Part shown: one piece after another, positions 1 through 8,247 of the stretch | Layout: each line of letters begins with the position of its first letter | Position numbering within the stretch: the first letter of the stretch is position 1 | Origin: a virus | Virus record (IMG/VR): IMGVR_UViG_3300034069_002149 | Coordinates: 1-27,649 of that record | Direction: 5' to 3' (one strand) | DNA: 27,649 nt | Notes under the pieces: model-generated | What the model was told of the DNA's origin: nothing | The model's input: the letters and a program-made list of their open reading frames with translations, nothing else | Databases searched by the model: none | Made by a program: the position numbers and the translations under genes

Positions 1-255
1 TTTCTGCGTGCCGAGCCAGTTGACCTGACCACACTCAAGGAAGCCAACGAAATCGGCACCCTGGCTCCGGACTACATCAAGACCTTCGAGGCAGCCAAGC
101 TGCACGGCAAGGTCGCCAAGAAGCTCAAGGCGCTGATGCCGGAAGACGCAGCAGACATGACCGGCTTCGGCCTCAAGGGCACCCGCAATGCTGCCGGTTC
201 CCTGACGCTGATCCCGGCCCCCGAGAAAACCAACACCGTGAACAAGGAAGCTTAA
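1..255 (+). CDS. C-terminal part of a probable YqaJ-like (lambda-exonuclease family) recombination nuclease; 5' end lies outside the window
   Basis: Frame 1 is open from base 1 to TAA at 253-255 (FLRAEPVDL...AKLHGKVAKKLKALMPEDAADMTGFGLKGTRNAAGSL...). The tail resembles alphaproteobacterial phage YqaJ C-termini and abuts an annealing-protein gene. Confidence 0.55.
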   Translation, partial: FLRAEPVDLTTLKEANEIGTLAPDYIKTFEAAKLHGKVAKKLKALMPEDAADMTGFGLKGTRNAAGSLTLIPAPEKTNTVNKEA

Positions 256-256
256 A

Positions 257-1402
257 ATGGCCGCACCGCAGACGAATTACAGCAAGCACAACATCGTCAT
301 TCCGGACACCCCAAACACGAAGATGTACCTGGAGCTTTCCAGGACAGACCCCAGCGCAACGAAGCCCTTCCAGAAGAGGGGTGGGTTCTCCGGCACTGCC
401 ATCGATCCGGCGTGGCGCTGGATGCGCCTCACGGAATACTTCGGCCCATGCGGTCAGGGATGGGGCGCGGAGCAGTTGGCCTTCCATATTGCGGAGGGCA
501 TCGCCTTCGTCTGTGTTCGGCTGTGGTATCGGGTCCCGAACGAAGATGGCAGCATGGGAACCGGAGAGCAGTGCTGGACCCCGCCGCAGTGGGGTGGCAG
601 CGAACTTGTCAAAGTGATGAAGGGGTACACGGCCACCTCTGATGAGGCCCTGAAAATGGCGATGACGGACGCCATGGGCAAATGCGCGGGCATGTTTCTC
701 GGACTTGGCGCGGACATTTATCTCGGTTCCTTCGAGGACGACAAGTATCGAGAGGAGTCGGAGGTGTTCTATAAGACCAAGGCCAATCCGGAACTCACGC
801 CAGTAGCTATTGCCAAATCGGAGGAGGAACTGGCGGAGAAGCTGGCAGCCATCACCGATCTGAAGGCCCTTGACGATCTCTGGACAGATGGGACCAACGC
901 TCGCATCAAGGAAATCGGCACCGCAGGAGCCTCTGGTAAGGAAGCGCGCCAGCGCATGATCTCGGCGTTCACGGCCAAGAAGAACGAGCTTCTGGCGCTC
1001 CAGAACGACAGGCAGGAGGAGCCGCCAGCGGACGATCAGGAGCAGGACGGTCATCAGCCTTCCCTCCAGGAGTTGGCCGACCGTGATCAGGAAGAGCACA
1101 TGAGACACATCGAGCAGGAAGAGGCTGCCGCAACGCTGAACAAGCCCGCGCAACCGGCCAAGACGGCGCAGGTCGATCTAAGCCCTGAGAAGATCAAGCA
1201 GTTCGAGGAATGGGTGAGCCGCAAGTTGACCGGCGTTAAGGACACCAGGGAACTCGATGCCTTCTGGGGTAAGGACTGCGCCCCGAGGGTGCTGCTGATC
1301 AAGGAGCGCGACGAGAACGCCCACAGGCGGATCAGTGCCGCTTATGTCAAGCGGATGAGGGAACTCGGCGGGAGCTTCAAGCGCGTCAGCGGCCAGGACT
1401 AA
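257..1402 (+). CDS. Rad52/Rad22 (Sak-like) single-strand annealing protein with a long C-terminal extension
   Basis: N-terminal motifs TAIDPAWRWMRLTEYFGPCGQGWG and DEALKMAMTDAMGKCAGMFLGLGADIY. SD AAGGA precedes the ATG. Confidence 0.8.
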   Translation: MAAPQTNYSKHNIVIPDTPNTKMYLELSRTDPSATKPFQKRGGFSGTAIDPAWRWMRLTEYFGPCGQGWGAEQLAFHIAEGIAFVCVRLWYRVPNEDGSMGTGEQCWTPPQWGGSELVKVMKGYTATSDEALKMAMTDAMGKCAGMFLGLGADIYLGSFEDDKYREESEVFYKTKANPELTPVAIAKSEEELAEKLAAITDLKALDDLWTDGTNARIKEIGTAGASGKEARQRMISAFTAKKNELLALQNDRQEEPPADDQEQDGHQPSLQELADRDQEEHMRHIEQEEAAATLNKPAQPAKTAQVDLSPEKIKQFEEWVSRKLTGVKDTRELDAFWGKDCAPRVLLIKERDENAHRRISAAYVKRMRELGGSFKRVSGQD

Positions 1403-1409
1403 TCTATCA

Positions 1410-1433
1410 GGCCGACGCCTGCGGGTGTCGGCC
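1410..1433 (+). terminator. Intergenic hairpin (possible terminator or processing site)
   Basis: GGCCGACGCC-tgcg-GGTGTCGGCC forms a 10-bp stem with G:U pairs. There is no U-tract. Confidence 0.4.
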
Positions 1434-1461
1434 ATCCACCCACGCTCTCACAGGGTAATCC

Positions 1462-2262
1462 ATGGCTGAACTCATCATTACGCCCGTCGTCCAGTCTCTG
1501 ATCGACGCCGGAGCGCTCTTCGTGATCAATGATAGCGGCGGCAAAGACAGCCACGCGATGAAGATCCTGATGCGGCGTCACATCCCGCATCGCCAACTCG
1601 TCATCATTCATGCAGATCTTGGCAAGGTCGATTGGGAAGGCACGCTGGAGCACATCGCGCTGTATGCCCACGACATTCCCTGTCACGTCGTCCGCTCCCG
1701 GAGAACCCTGCTGCAAATGGTCCACGAGCGCGGCATGTTCCCGTCGCCCAAGAACCGGCAATGCACCAGCGATCTCAAGCGCGGCCCGATTGAGAAGAAG
1801 ATCCTGGAGCTGATGCGGGGCTGGGATACTCCTTACATCGTCAACTGCATGGGCATGCGCGCACAGGAGTCGTCGTCCAGGTCCAAGCAGGTCAATTTCA
1901 AGCACGATCCGAAGAAGTCCATTCCCGAGCGCGTCAGCAAGAAAACCGGCCTCGTTCGGCAGAAGGCGCGGGTCTGGTTCGACTGGCTGCCGATCCAGCA
2001 TCTCACCAAGGCTGAGGTGTTCGGTACGATCTTCGGTGCTGGGGAAAAGCCTCACTGGGTATACAGCAAGGGAATGTCTCGCAAAAGTTGCAAGATGTGT
2101 ATAATGTCTACAGAGGCTGACCTGAAGACCGCTGCCGTCCTCGATCCAGGGAACTATCGAGACTACGTCCACGCAGAGCGGAAGACCGGCAGAACCATGC
2201 TGATGCCGGTCAAGGGTGTCCAGCGCTGGCTGGAGGACGTTGTCGGCATCTCTATTCCATGA
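1462..2262 (+). CDS. Phosphoadenosine phosphosulfate (PAPS) reductase family / PP-loop protein
   Basis: SGGKDS PP-loop, RQCTSDLKRGP, GMRAQESSSR, WLPI, HWVY and RKSCKMC cysteine motif. Confidence 0.85.
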   Translation: MAELIITPVVQSLIDAGALFVINDSGGKDSHAMKILMRRHIPHRQLVIIHADLGKVDWEGTLEHIALYAHDIPCHVVRSRRTLLQMVHERGMFPSPKNRQCTSDLKRGPIEKKILELMRGWDTPYIVNCMGMRAQESSSRSKQVNFKHDPKKSIPERVSKKTGLVRQKARVWFDWLPIQHLTKAEVFGTIFGAGEKPHWVYSKGMSRKSCKMCIMSTEADLKTAAVLDPGNYRDYVHAERKTGRTMLMPVKGVQRWLEDVVGISIP

Positions 2263-2281
2263 TCTACAGAAGGAAAATCAG

Positions 2282-2923
2282 GTGACCCATAAAGCTCTCA
2301 CGATGACCAGAGTTCCGCTGCCTGCTGGGTTCAGGATGTTCATTCTTCCTGAATACCGTCTTGTCACGCCGACCTACAGTGTCAAGCTGTCCCGCTCCCA
2401 CGGAACGATCTTGTCGGCGCTGCTTGCTAATTACGACCGCTACGTACTGAGATCTGACATAGAAAACATCCTGTGGGGACATCGGGAGGATGGAGGGCCT
2501 GAAAGTGCATCCAACACGCTTAGTGTGACGCTTCACAACATCCGAGCCAAATTCCGCTCCGTTGGAATTGATGTCACCTTCAGGTGCAATTGGCGGCACA
2601 GGAATGATAGCGGCATCAAGGTATCGGGACTGGCGGAATGCAAGCCCGTTGGGTCCCTCAATAACACAACTCGTCTCAAGGCGCTGCGGGACCGGCAGTC
2701 ACCCAATCCATCGCGGGGGCTTCCGAACCCAAGCAAGGCTCCCATGATTCCGCCGATCCACGAGCCTGTGAGCAAGCCTTCCAGGCAGGAGCCAGGGCCG
2801 AAACGGGTCTATCCGGTTCCGGAGAAGCCACGCTACAGCTATGTCGAGCCTCCGAGATTGCAGGCGGCGTGGACGCATAACGCCCGTGCGGAGGCGTGGT
2901 TCGGGAGAGAAGGTCCGAGATGA
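2282..2923 (+). CDS. OmpR/PhoB-type winged-helix DNA-binding protein without receiver domain, with a Pro-rich tail
   Basis: VKLSRSHGTILSALL...RSDIENILWG...NTLSVTLHNIRAKF matches the Trans_reg_C pattern. GTG 2282 follows AAGGA. Confidence 0.65.
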   Translation: MTHKALTMTRVPLPAGFRMFILPEYRLVTPTYSVKLSRSHGTILSALLANYDRYVLRSDIENILWGHREDGGPESASNTLSVTLHNIRAKFRSVGIDVTFRCNWRHRNDSGIKVSGLAECKPVGSLNNTTRLKALRDRQSPNPSRGLPNPSKAPMIPPIHEPVSKPSRQEPGPKRVYPVPEKPRYSYVEPPRLQAAWTHNARAEAWFGREGPR

Positions 2924-2950
2924 CAAAAATTCCGCAGTAGAAACGATCTC

Positions 2951-3000
2951 AGCCTGACCTGTATTCGATCCGAACTTCCGGAATATACAGGTCAGGCTTT
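2951..3000 (+). terminator. Long inverted repeat, probable terminator
   Basis: AGCCTGACCTGTAT (2951-2964) and ATACAGGTCAGGCT (2985-2998) form a perfect 14-bp inverted repeat followed by TT. Confidence 0.5.
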
Positions 3001-3066
3001 CCAAAAGATGCTCGCAAATACCATGCGTTGTTTTCAAAAATAATGCCCCTGATAGCAAAAAGACAC

Positions 3067-3096
3067 TTGCACTAACCGGCAATGTCATCATATACT
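3067..3096 (+). promoter_or_regulatory. Sigma70-like promoter, copy of a repeated promoter/leader cassette
   Basis: TTGCAC-N18-TATACT with an AT-rich upstream tract. A TTGC-N8-GCAA dyad overlaps the -35. Confidence 0.6.
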
Positions 3097-3152
3097 CAGT
3101 GACAGTTAAGGAACACAGCGGCAATCAGCCGCCTCTCACACAGGAGATATCC

Positions 3153-3410
3153 GTGATACCTGACTATCCATTCATCAGACTATGGCACGAAACGAGTGGT
3201 AGTTTTCCGTACTACATCAACGACCTCGTGAACAAGGCGAAGAATGAGAAAGCGCCGCCGACCGCGATATACCGAGCGGACGATGGCTGGAAGGTCGTGG
3301 AAGACGTCCAGAGCCTGGATACAGCTTATCGGCTCTATGCCCATGCGGGTCGATACGGAGAAAAGTGTCAGGCCCACCTCTCTGAATTGATCAAGCGCCT
3401 TGAAGGCTGA
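3153..3410 (+). CDS. Hypothetical phage protein
   Basis: GTG 3153 follows SD AGGAG. First gene after the promoter. Confidence 0.7.
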   Translation: MIPDYPFIRLWHETSGSFPYYINDLVNKAKNEKAPPTAIYRADDGWKVVEDVQSLDTAYRLYAHAGRYGEKCQAHLSELIKRLEG

Positions 3411-3455
3411 AGACGACTGTTGAAGCACACCCATCTCTCACACGGGGAATATCAC

Positions 3456-4001
3456 ATGATAAAGCCTGAGATTGACTGGACGATTGACGATGATGCGCCT
3501 TTGAAGGAAATCAAGCGTCTGCTTGGGACTGCCGAAGCTCTAATCGAGAATGGCCGGTTCGTTCTGACGGTGGAGAGCGAGCGCCAGCAACGGGACAATT
3601 ACCTGTTTCATCACTTCTACCCAACCGCCCATAGCTACGAGGATACCAAGCTAGTCGGAAAAGGTGATGTGAAGTCCTGCATCAAGGCGCTTGGTGAATA
3701 CGTCGCCAAGCATCAGGTCCAGGAAAAGCCATACACGCCGGAGCAGGTGGCCGCGACCATCGGTCTGGTCCTGCCGAAGTTCGACCGACGAACGATCCTT
3801 CCTGCGTTCCGAGACAATCTTGAGCGGTCAACCGCCAAGTTCATCGCCGCTGCCGGTCCCGATATGGAGCCGTATTTTCGTGAGGGGTGGCATGGCTGCG
3901 TCTCGAAGGCCAAGAACCCATACCCGGAAGGCACCCACGGCGATGAGAGCCATGCCTGGAACGAAGGCTGGTACGCCGCCAACCGATACCTCTCAGCGTG
4001 A
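3456..4001 (+). CDS. Hypothetical phage protein
   Basis: ATG 3456 follows GGGGA. The C-terminal EGW...NPY...AWNEGW repeat resembles small RMF-like phage motifs. Confidence 0.7.
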   Translation: MIKPEIDWTIDDDAPLKEIKRLLGTAEALIENGRFVLTVESERQQRDNYLFHHFYPTAHSYEDTKLVGKGDVKSCIKALGEYVAKHQVQEKPYTPEQVAATIGLVLPKFDRRTILPAFRDNLERSTAKFIAAAGPDMEPYFREGWHGCVSKAKNPYPEGTHGDESHAWNEGWYAANRYLSA

Positions 4002-4525
4002 AGGACGAAGCCATGATCGAACCGAACACCGGCAATGACCAACTTGACCGGATGCTGGTCTGGTTTCGTCTGATCCAGCAGATGGAGAAGATCTACGATC
4101 ACCGTGACAACGATGTCCGGTCCAGCATCGGGGACGCTGTCTTCAACATGGGCAATGTCACCACTGGCTATAGCATCTGCTATGACGACTACTGCTTGTC
4201 CGCTTGCTGCGCACTCGGAACCGCTGCCTGCTATCCCTGGTTCAACGACCAGGGTCTTAGGCCAGCCTTCTCAGGCTATACAGGAATGAAGCTCGATGGC
4301 CTGCATGTCACGCTGAATGGCCGGAAACTGGTCTATTGCGACGTCGAAATTGCACAATTCTTCGGGCTGTCCAGGGATCTTTACGTCCGGATCGTTGACC
4401 CCGAATTCTACGATACAGTCAGGATCAAGCCTGCCGCTGTTGCTGACCGTATCCGGCATGCCATTCGCGCGACCTTCAACGTCGATCCCTCGTCCCACCC
4501 TTTTATCGAGAGCCTTGCCGCATGA
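3998..4525 (+). CDS. Hypothetical phage protein (start may be ATG 4013)
   Basis: GTGA overlap with the upstream stop. Contains a CCALG motif. Confidence 0.7.
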   Translation: MKDEAMIEPNTGNDQLDRMLVWFRLIQQMEKIYDHRDNDVRSSIGDAVFNMGNVTTGYSICYDDYCLSACCALGTAACYPWFNDQGLRPAFSGYTGMKLDGLHVTLNGRKLVYCDVEIAQFFGLSRDLYVRIVDPEFYDTVRIKPAAVADRIRHAIRATFNVDPSSHPFIESLAA

Positions 4526-4818
4526 TCAGCATCAATCCAAAAGCCATCGTTGCCGACCCTATTGAGGAAGGCTGCCTTGTCACCCGTGCCGATCACAGCG
4601 CGGGCTTCCGGTTCATAACCGTCGAACTGCCATTCGGCATCTCCCGGAGCATTCCGGCACGGTCTCACTATGAAGGAAAGCCCGACCACTGGCTCTCTGA
4701 AGGCCAGACCATCGTCGGGGATGAGGAACACGTTGTCCGCGTCCTGACAGACAAGCTGGTCTCAGAGATCCTGTCCGTCGAGGCGCGGCGCGGCAAACAG
4801 GAGGAAGTATCCGCATGA
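4522..4818 (+). CDS. Hypothetical phage protein
   Basis: ATGA coupling at both ends. Confidence 0.7.
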   Translation: MISINPKAIVADPIEEGCLVTRADHSAGFRFITVELPFGISRSIPARSHYEGKPDHWLSEGQTIVGDEEHVVRVLTDKLVSEILSVEARRGKQEEVSA

Positions 4819-5078
4819 GCATGGACGTCCTGGAAAACACCATCGTCATCGGCAAGCAGGTTGCCCTTACCGAGGCAGAGTGGAAAGCAAAGGCGGCAAA
4901 GAAACTGCAAAGCCTGTCCGTTCCCAAGGCTGTCGCCGAGATGGAAGCCGCCGATCTCTATCACGACTACGTGGTGGAGAAGGGCTTTACAGACCAGTGC
5001 TTTGCGCAGGACCCCATCGGTGCCGTGATGGATGACCGGACGTACTGGTCATATCTCGCCTTTGTCCGGACTCCCTGA
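4815..5078 (+). CDS. Hypothetical phage protein
   Basis: SD GGAGG and ATGA overlap. Confidence 0.7.
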   Translation: MSMDVLENTIVIGKQVALTEAEWKAKAAKKLQSLSVPKAVAEMEAADLYHDYVVEKGFTDQCFAQDPIGAVMDDRTYWSYLAFVRTP

Positions 5079-5131
5079 TCAAGCAGCGCTTGGCGCGGAC
5101 GACAACAAGAAACTGAGGAGACAGCCGCGCC

Positions 5132-5581
5132 ATGGCCCGGATCGACTGGAACGCCATCCCCATCGGTGCTGAGACCAAATCCCTGACGGAGTGGTGTCGT
5201 CAGACCGGGGTGGATCGGGAAACCGCCTACCGACGCATCAACGATCACGACTGGCCGGCAGCGCAAGCTGTCGGCCTTGAGCCTCGTGTGCGAGATGCCT
5301 GGGCAGAGAAAAGCCGCTTTCAGCACAAGCGGGATGTGAGAGTGTCTTACAAGGGGGAAAGCCACACCCTCAAGGAGTGGCACGAGATCAGCAAGACCTG
5401 GGACCGCCCGATCCCGTACCGCACGCTGGTCTACCGCTATAACCAGGGCTACGAGCCGGAAGACCTGTTCGACACCCGCCGCCAGACCCGCACCATTCTC
5501 CGGGAGAAGAAGGTTGAGCGGCTGTCCCAGAACTGGTCGGAGAGCGATATCGAGTGGACTCAGGACGCGGTTGACACCTAG
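5132..5581 (+). CDS. Small DNA-binding protein with two HTH-like repeats of the kind appended to phage homing endonucleases
   Basis: Internal repeat: ETKSLTEWCRQTGVDRETAYRRI..DW and ESHTLKEWHE...IPYRTLVYRYNQGY. SD GAGGAG. Confidence 0.65.
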   Translation: MARIDWNAIPIGAETKSLTEWCRQTGVDRETAYRRINDHDWPAAQAVGLEPRVRDAWAEKSRFQHKRDVRVSYKGESHTLKEWHEISKTWDRPIPYRTLVYRYNQGYEPEDLFDTRRQTRTILREKKVERLSQNWSESDIEWTQDAVDT

Positions 5582-5598
5582 CCGGGAGCTTGTACCAT
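5571..5598 (+). promoter_or_regulatory. Sigma70-like promoter for sRNA copy 1
   Basis: TTGACA (5571-5576)-N16-TACCAT (5593-5598). The position 7 nt past the -10 is the first G of the RNA stem. Confidence 0.65.
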
Positions 5599-5604
5599 GG
5601 CGTC

Positions 5605-5669
5605 GGGGACTGATGGTTTGGGCTTCCTTCAAACAACGCTTTGGGTGCATAGCTCGCCGCTGCGTCCCC
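5605..5669 (+). ncRNA. Structured small RNA, copy 1 (candidate Y-RNA-like partner of the downstream protein)
   Basis: GGGGAC/GTCCCC terminal stem, TGGT/GCCG and GGGCT/AGCTC inner stems, unpaired TCCTTC. Homologous to 5952-6009. Confidence 0.7.
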
Positions 5670-5684
5670 CTCGTCTTCCCAGCA

Positions 5685-5876
5685 CTAAATCCTGAAGAAC
5701 TTGCCACATCGCTTGCACCGATGCCGCACCCCATGGCGCGGCGTCGGCGTCTCGCTGTCCTCGAAGTCGTGGTAGTCGGTGTACTCATCCAGGCCGACGC
5801 TCATCTCGCACACAGCCCTTTTGCTGATCCGAAATCGCGCCAGGAACCATTTCGATAGGGCCGAAAGAAAGATCAT
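5685..5876 (-). CDS. Small hypothetical protein with a C-terminal CxxC (possible Zn ribbon)
   Basis: 63 aa with SD AAGGA upstream on the minus strand and an HRCKRCGK motif. It lies between the two RNA copies. Confidence 0.6.
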   Translation of the reverse strand: MIFLSALSKWFLARFRISKRAVCEMSVGLDEYTDYHDFEDSETPTPRHGVRHRCKRCGKFFRI

Positions 5877-5915
5877 GTTTTATCCTTTATTGTCGAGAAT
5901 TTCCAGTCTAACGGT

Positions 5916-5945
5916 TTGACGGGCAAGGTGTGCCACGGATACCTT
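5916..5945 (+). promoter_or_regulatory. Sigma70-like promoter for sRNA copy 2 and the downstream gene
   Basis: TTGACG (5916-5921)-N18-TACCTT (5940-5945). The position 7 nt past the -10 is again the first G of the stem. Confidence 0.6.
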
Positions 5946-5951
5946 GGCGTC

Positions 5952-6009
5952 GGGGACTGATGGCTCTGGCTTCCTTCGTTTGCAGAAACTAGCCTGCCGC
6001 TGCGTCCCC
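5952..6009 (+). ncRNA. Structured small RNA, copy 2
   Basis: GGGGAC/GTCCCC, TGGC/GCCG and GGCT/AGCC stems, TCCTTC loop, GTTT-gcag-AAAC hairpin. It ends 22 nt before ATG 6032. Confidence 0.7.
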
Positions 6010-6031
6010 GTCTTATTTTGGGAAAACAAAA

Positions 6032-8224
6032 ATGAACGAAGCTCTGATCAAGCTGTTCGGTCGCGTCGAAATCGTCACGACCGACCGGATCAGCCCCATC
6101 GTCCCGGCATCATACGTCCACACTCTCAACACCACCATCGCAGCCCTCGGCTACACGCTGGACCGCGATGTCATTCAGGCGCTGATGGCTTCCACAGAGG
6201 ACGACTTCGGCCTGTTCCTGTCCGAACTGGTGCGCGCCCTGACCAACATAACCGGGGCCAGCCACGACTACCAAGTGCTGTTCGCCGGATTCCCCTACGA
6301 CACGCCAGACCAGCATAAGTACCTGATGCGGCGCGTCGGTGCTCTCGTGCGCCAGCATATCGGCCACACCAAGCCGCACGCGCTGCTGCCGTGCGGTCAC
6401 CTGATCGATCCCGCCGTATTCGACATCGCGGAGTTCGGCGCGTGCCCGATCTGCCAGTTCCAGGTTCCCGGCCTGCGCTCTGCTGAGAACGTCCTGGTCG
6501 AGTATCAGCCGCTGGCGACCCCGCTCAAGCGCCTGGGCGTGGCAGACACCGAGTTCCTGACCCAGCAGGCCAACACCCTGATGGGCCAGCAGAGATCGAT
6601 GTCTCTGGACGAGCGCGCCTTCCTGATCTCCCGCCTGTTTCAATCCGATCCGCCGCTCACCATCCCGGACAATCCGTTCCGGGAGATACTGCCGCTGGCG
6701 TGGTGCAGCCTTGCCATGCGCGGCGGCTACCTGACACAGCCCAAGTCGATGGACAAGGCGCAGCACCTCGTCCGCAGCGCCACCGACGTGCTCCGGATAG
6801 CAACATTCCTGAGCAATCCGATGGCGGACTTGTCTCTGGCGGAGCCGACCCGCTACAAGCTGTCCACCTCCCGGATCAAGACCGTCCTGCACCTGCTCAA
6901 CGGCATCAAGCAGCCGGAAGAGGACATGCGGCTGCATGCCGAGCGCTGGAAGAAGCTGTCGCTCGTCCTGAAGCCGGGAACGGCCAAGCACCGGCAGAAG
7001 TATCCCAACGCGGCAACCGCCTTCGACATGATAATGCGTCATGACAAGGAGATCGAGACCTTCAACCGGACGGCGGAGAAGCTTCTGGCGTCTCGCAATA
7101 TCGAGGAATACGCGCGCCTGCTATCTTCCCGTCCCGGAGAATTCATGCGCAAGCTCGATGCCATGCTCCGGCGTCTGCCGATCAATCAGGGGCACTGGGA
7201 TGACGTTCTGGTGCCGATGGTACGCGCCGTGCCGCGCGTGCCGACGCCGCTGCTGCTGACCGTCCGCAAGTACCTGATGCACCGGGGTGACCAGAGCACC
7301 GAGAGCCGCGTTTTCCGGCCCAAGGGACCAACCAGCCGGATCACCGTCGCGGAGGACACCCGCCCGAAGGTTCCGAGGGAGGCCCTGCTGTCCGCCATCA
7401 GCCTGATCCATGAGGAATTGTCCCGTCGCTTCCGGGAGAAGCCTGATCTCGGCAAGGTCTGGATCGATCCGGCCCTGCATGACATTCCGCTGCCGCATAA
7501 CCGGCGTGGAGATAGCTCGACTTCCGCTCCGATCACCAAGGGCATGCGCTGGAGCATAGCGCCGGATGCCGACGTCGTGCGCCTGTTCATCTGGTGGCAG
7601 GGGTCTGATCATGACGTCGATCTGTCGATCAACATGATGGATCGCCACTTCAATGACCGGGGGCATGTCGGCTTCACCAACCTGAGCCAGGACGAGTGCT
7701 ATCATTCCGGAGATATCCAGCGGGCACCGCAGGGTGCCGCAGAGTTCATCGATGTTCCGATCCGCCATGTTGCGGAAGAGGGCGTGCGCTACCTATGCAT
7801 GACCGTGCTTTCCTGGACCGGCCAGACCTTCGACAGCTTTCCCTGCTTCGCTGGATTTATGCAGCGGGATGCTGTCAAATCAGGCCAGCGCTTCGAGCCG
7901 GAGTCCGTGTCCCTCAAGCTGGATGTTTCCGCCAAGGCGACCGGTGTGGTCCCGGCCATCTTCGATCTGGTTGAGCGTCAGATGATCTACGCAGACATCG
8001 CAACCGGCAGCAACCGCATGTCCAGCGCTCTGCGGCACAGCGAGAAGTATCTCACGCTGACCCGTGCCGTGATCGAAGCGCCGCGCCGCATGCCCACGGT
8101 TGGCGATGTGGTCGAACTGCACGCCAGGGCGCGCGGGACCATCATAGAACACAGGACCATGGCGGATACCGTTTGGACGGCGGAAGATCTGGACTGGAAT
8201 GAGGTTTACTCTCTCCTGGAGTGA
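6032..8224 (+). CDS. Prokaryotic RING finger (family-4-like) + helical TROVE-like region + C-terminal TerD-like domain protein
   Basis: RING-like LPCGHLID...GACPICQ. Helical core with ATDVLR and RPGEFMRKLD. TerD-like RLFIWW, DVDLS, HSGDI and GAAEFID. Confidence 0.8.
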   Translation: MNEALIKLFGRVEIVTTDRISPIVPASYVHTLNTTIAALGYTLDRDVIQALMASTEDDFGLFLSELVRALTNITGASHDYQVLFAGFPYDTPDQHKYLMRRVGALVRQHIGHTKPHALLPCGHLIDPAVFDIAEFGACPICQFQVPGLRSAENVLVEYQPLATPLKRLGVADTEFLTQQANTLMGQQRSMSLDERAFLISRLFQSDPPLTIPDNPFREILPLAWCSLAMRGGYLTQPKSMDKAQHLVRSATDVLRIATFLSNPMADLSLAEPTRYKLSTSRIKTVLHLLNGIKQPEEDMRLHAERWKKLSLVLKPGTAKHRQKYPNAATAFDMIMRHDKEIETFNRTAEKLLASRNIEEYARLLSSRPGEFMRKLDAMLRRLPINQGHWDDVLVPMVRAVPRVPTPLLLTVRKYLMHRGDQSTESRVFRPKGPTSRITVAEDTRPKVPREALLSAISLIHEELSRRFREKPDLGKVWIDPALHDIPLPHNRRGDSSTSAPITKGMRWSIAPDADVVRLFIWWQGSDHDVDLSINMMDRHFNDRGHVGFTNLSQDECYHSGDIQRAPQGAAEFIDVPIRHVAEEGVRYLCMTVLSWTGQTFDSFPCFAGFMQRDAVKSGQRFEPESVSLKLDVSAKATGVVPAIFDLVERQMIYADIATGSNRMSSALRHSEKYLTLTRAVIEAPRRMPTVGDVVELHARARGTIIEHRTMADTVWTAEDLDWNEVYSLLE

Positions 8225-8247
8225 TGCCTCTACAAGCCCGCCAGACG

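Noticed and set aside
173-2172. Long minus-strand ORFs 173-1153 and 1399-2172
   Set aside because: They are antisense shadows of well-supported plus-strand genes, common in GC-rich DNA.
1462-2262. Sulfate-assimilation cysH or a complete dnd system
   Set aside because: No cys or other dnd genes are nearby, so only the family-level call is supported.
5598-6009. The two repeats as a CRISPR array or as tRNAs
   Set aside because: There are only two copies about 350 bp apart with a gene between them, and no cas genes. Neither has a cloverleaf, T-loop GTTC or CCA end.
6110-7768. Minus-strand ORFs inside the 730-aa gene
   Set aside because: They are shadow frames with no motifs.
6032-8224. Tellurite-resistance ter operon
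   Set aside because: Only one fused TerD-like domain is present, with no terA/B/C/Z.
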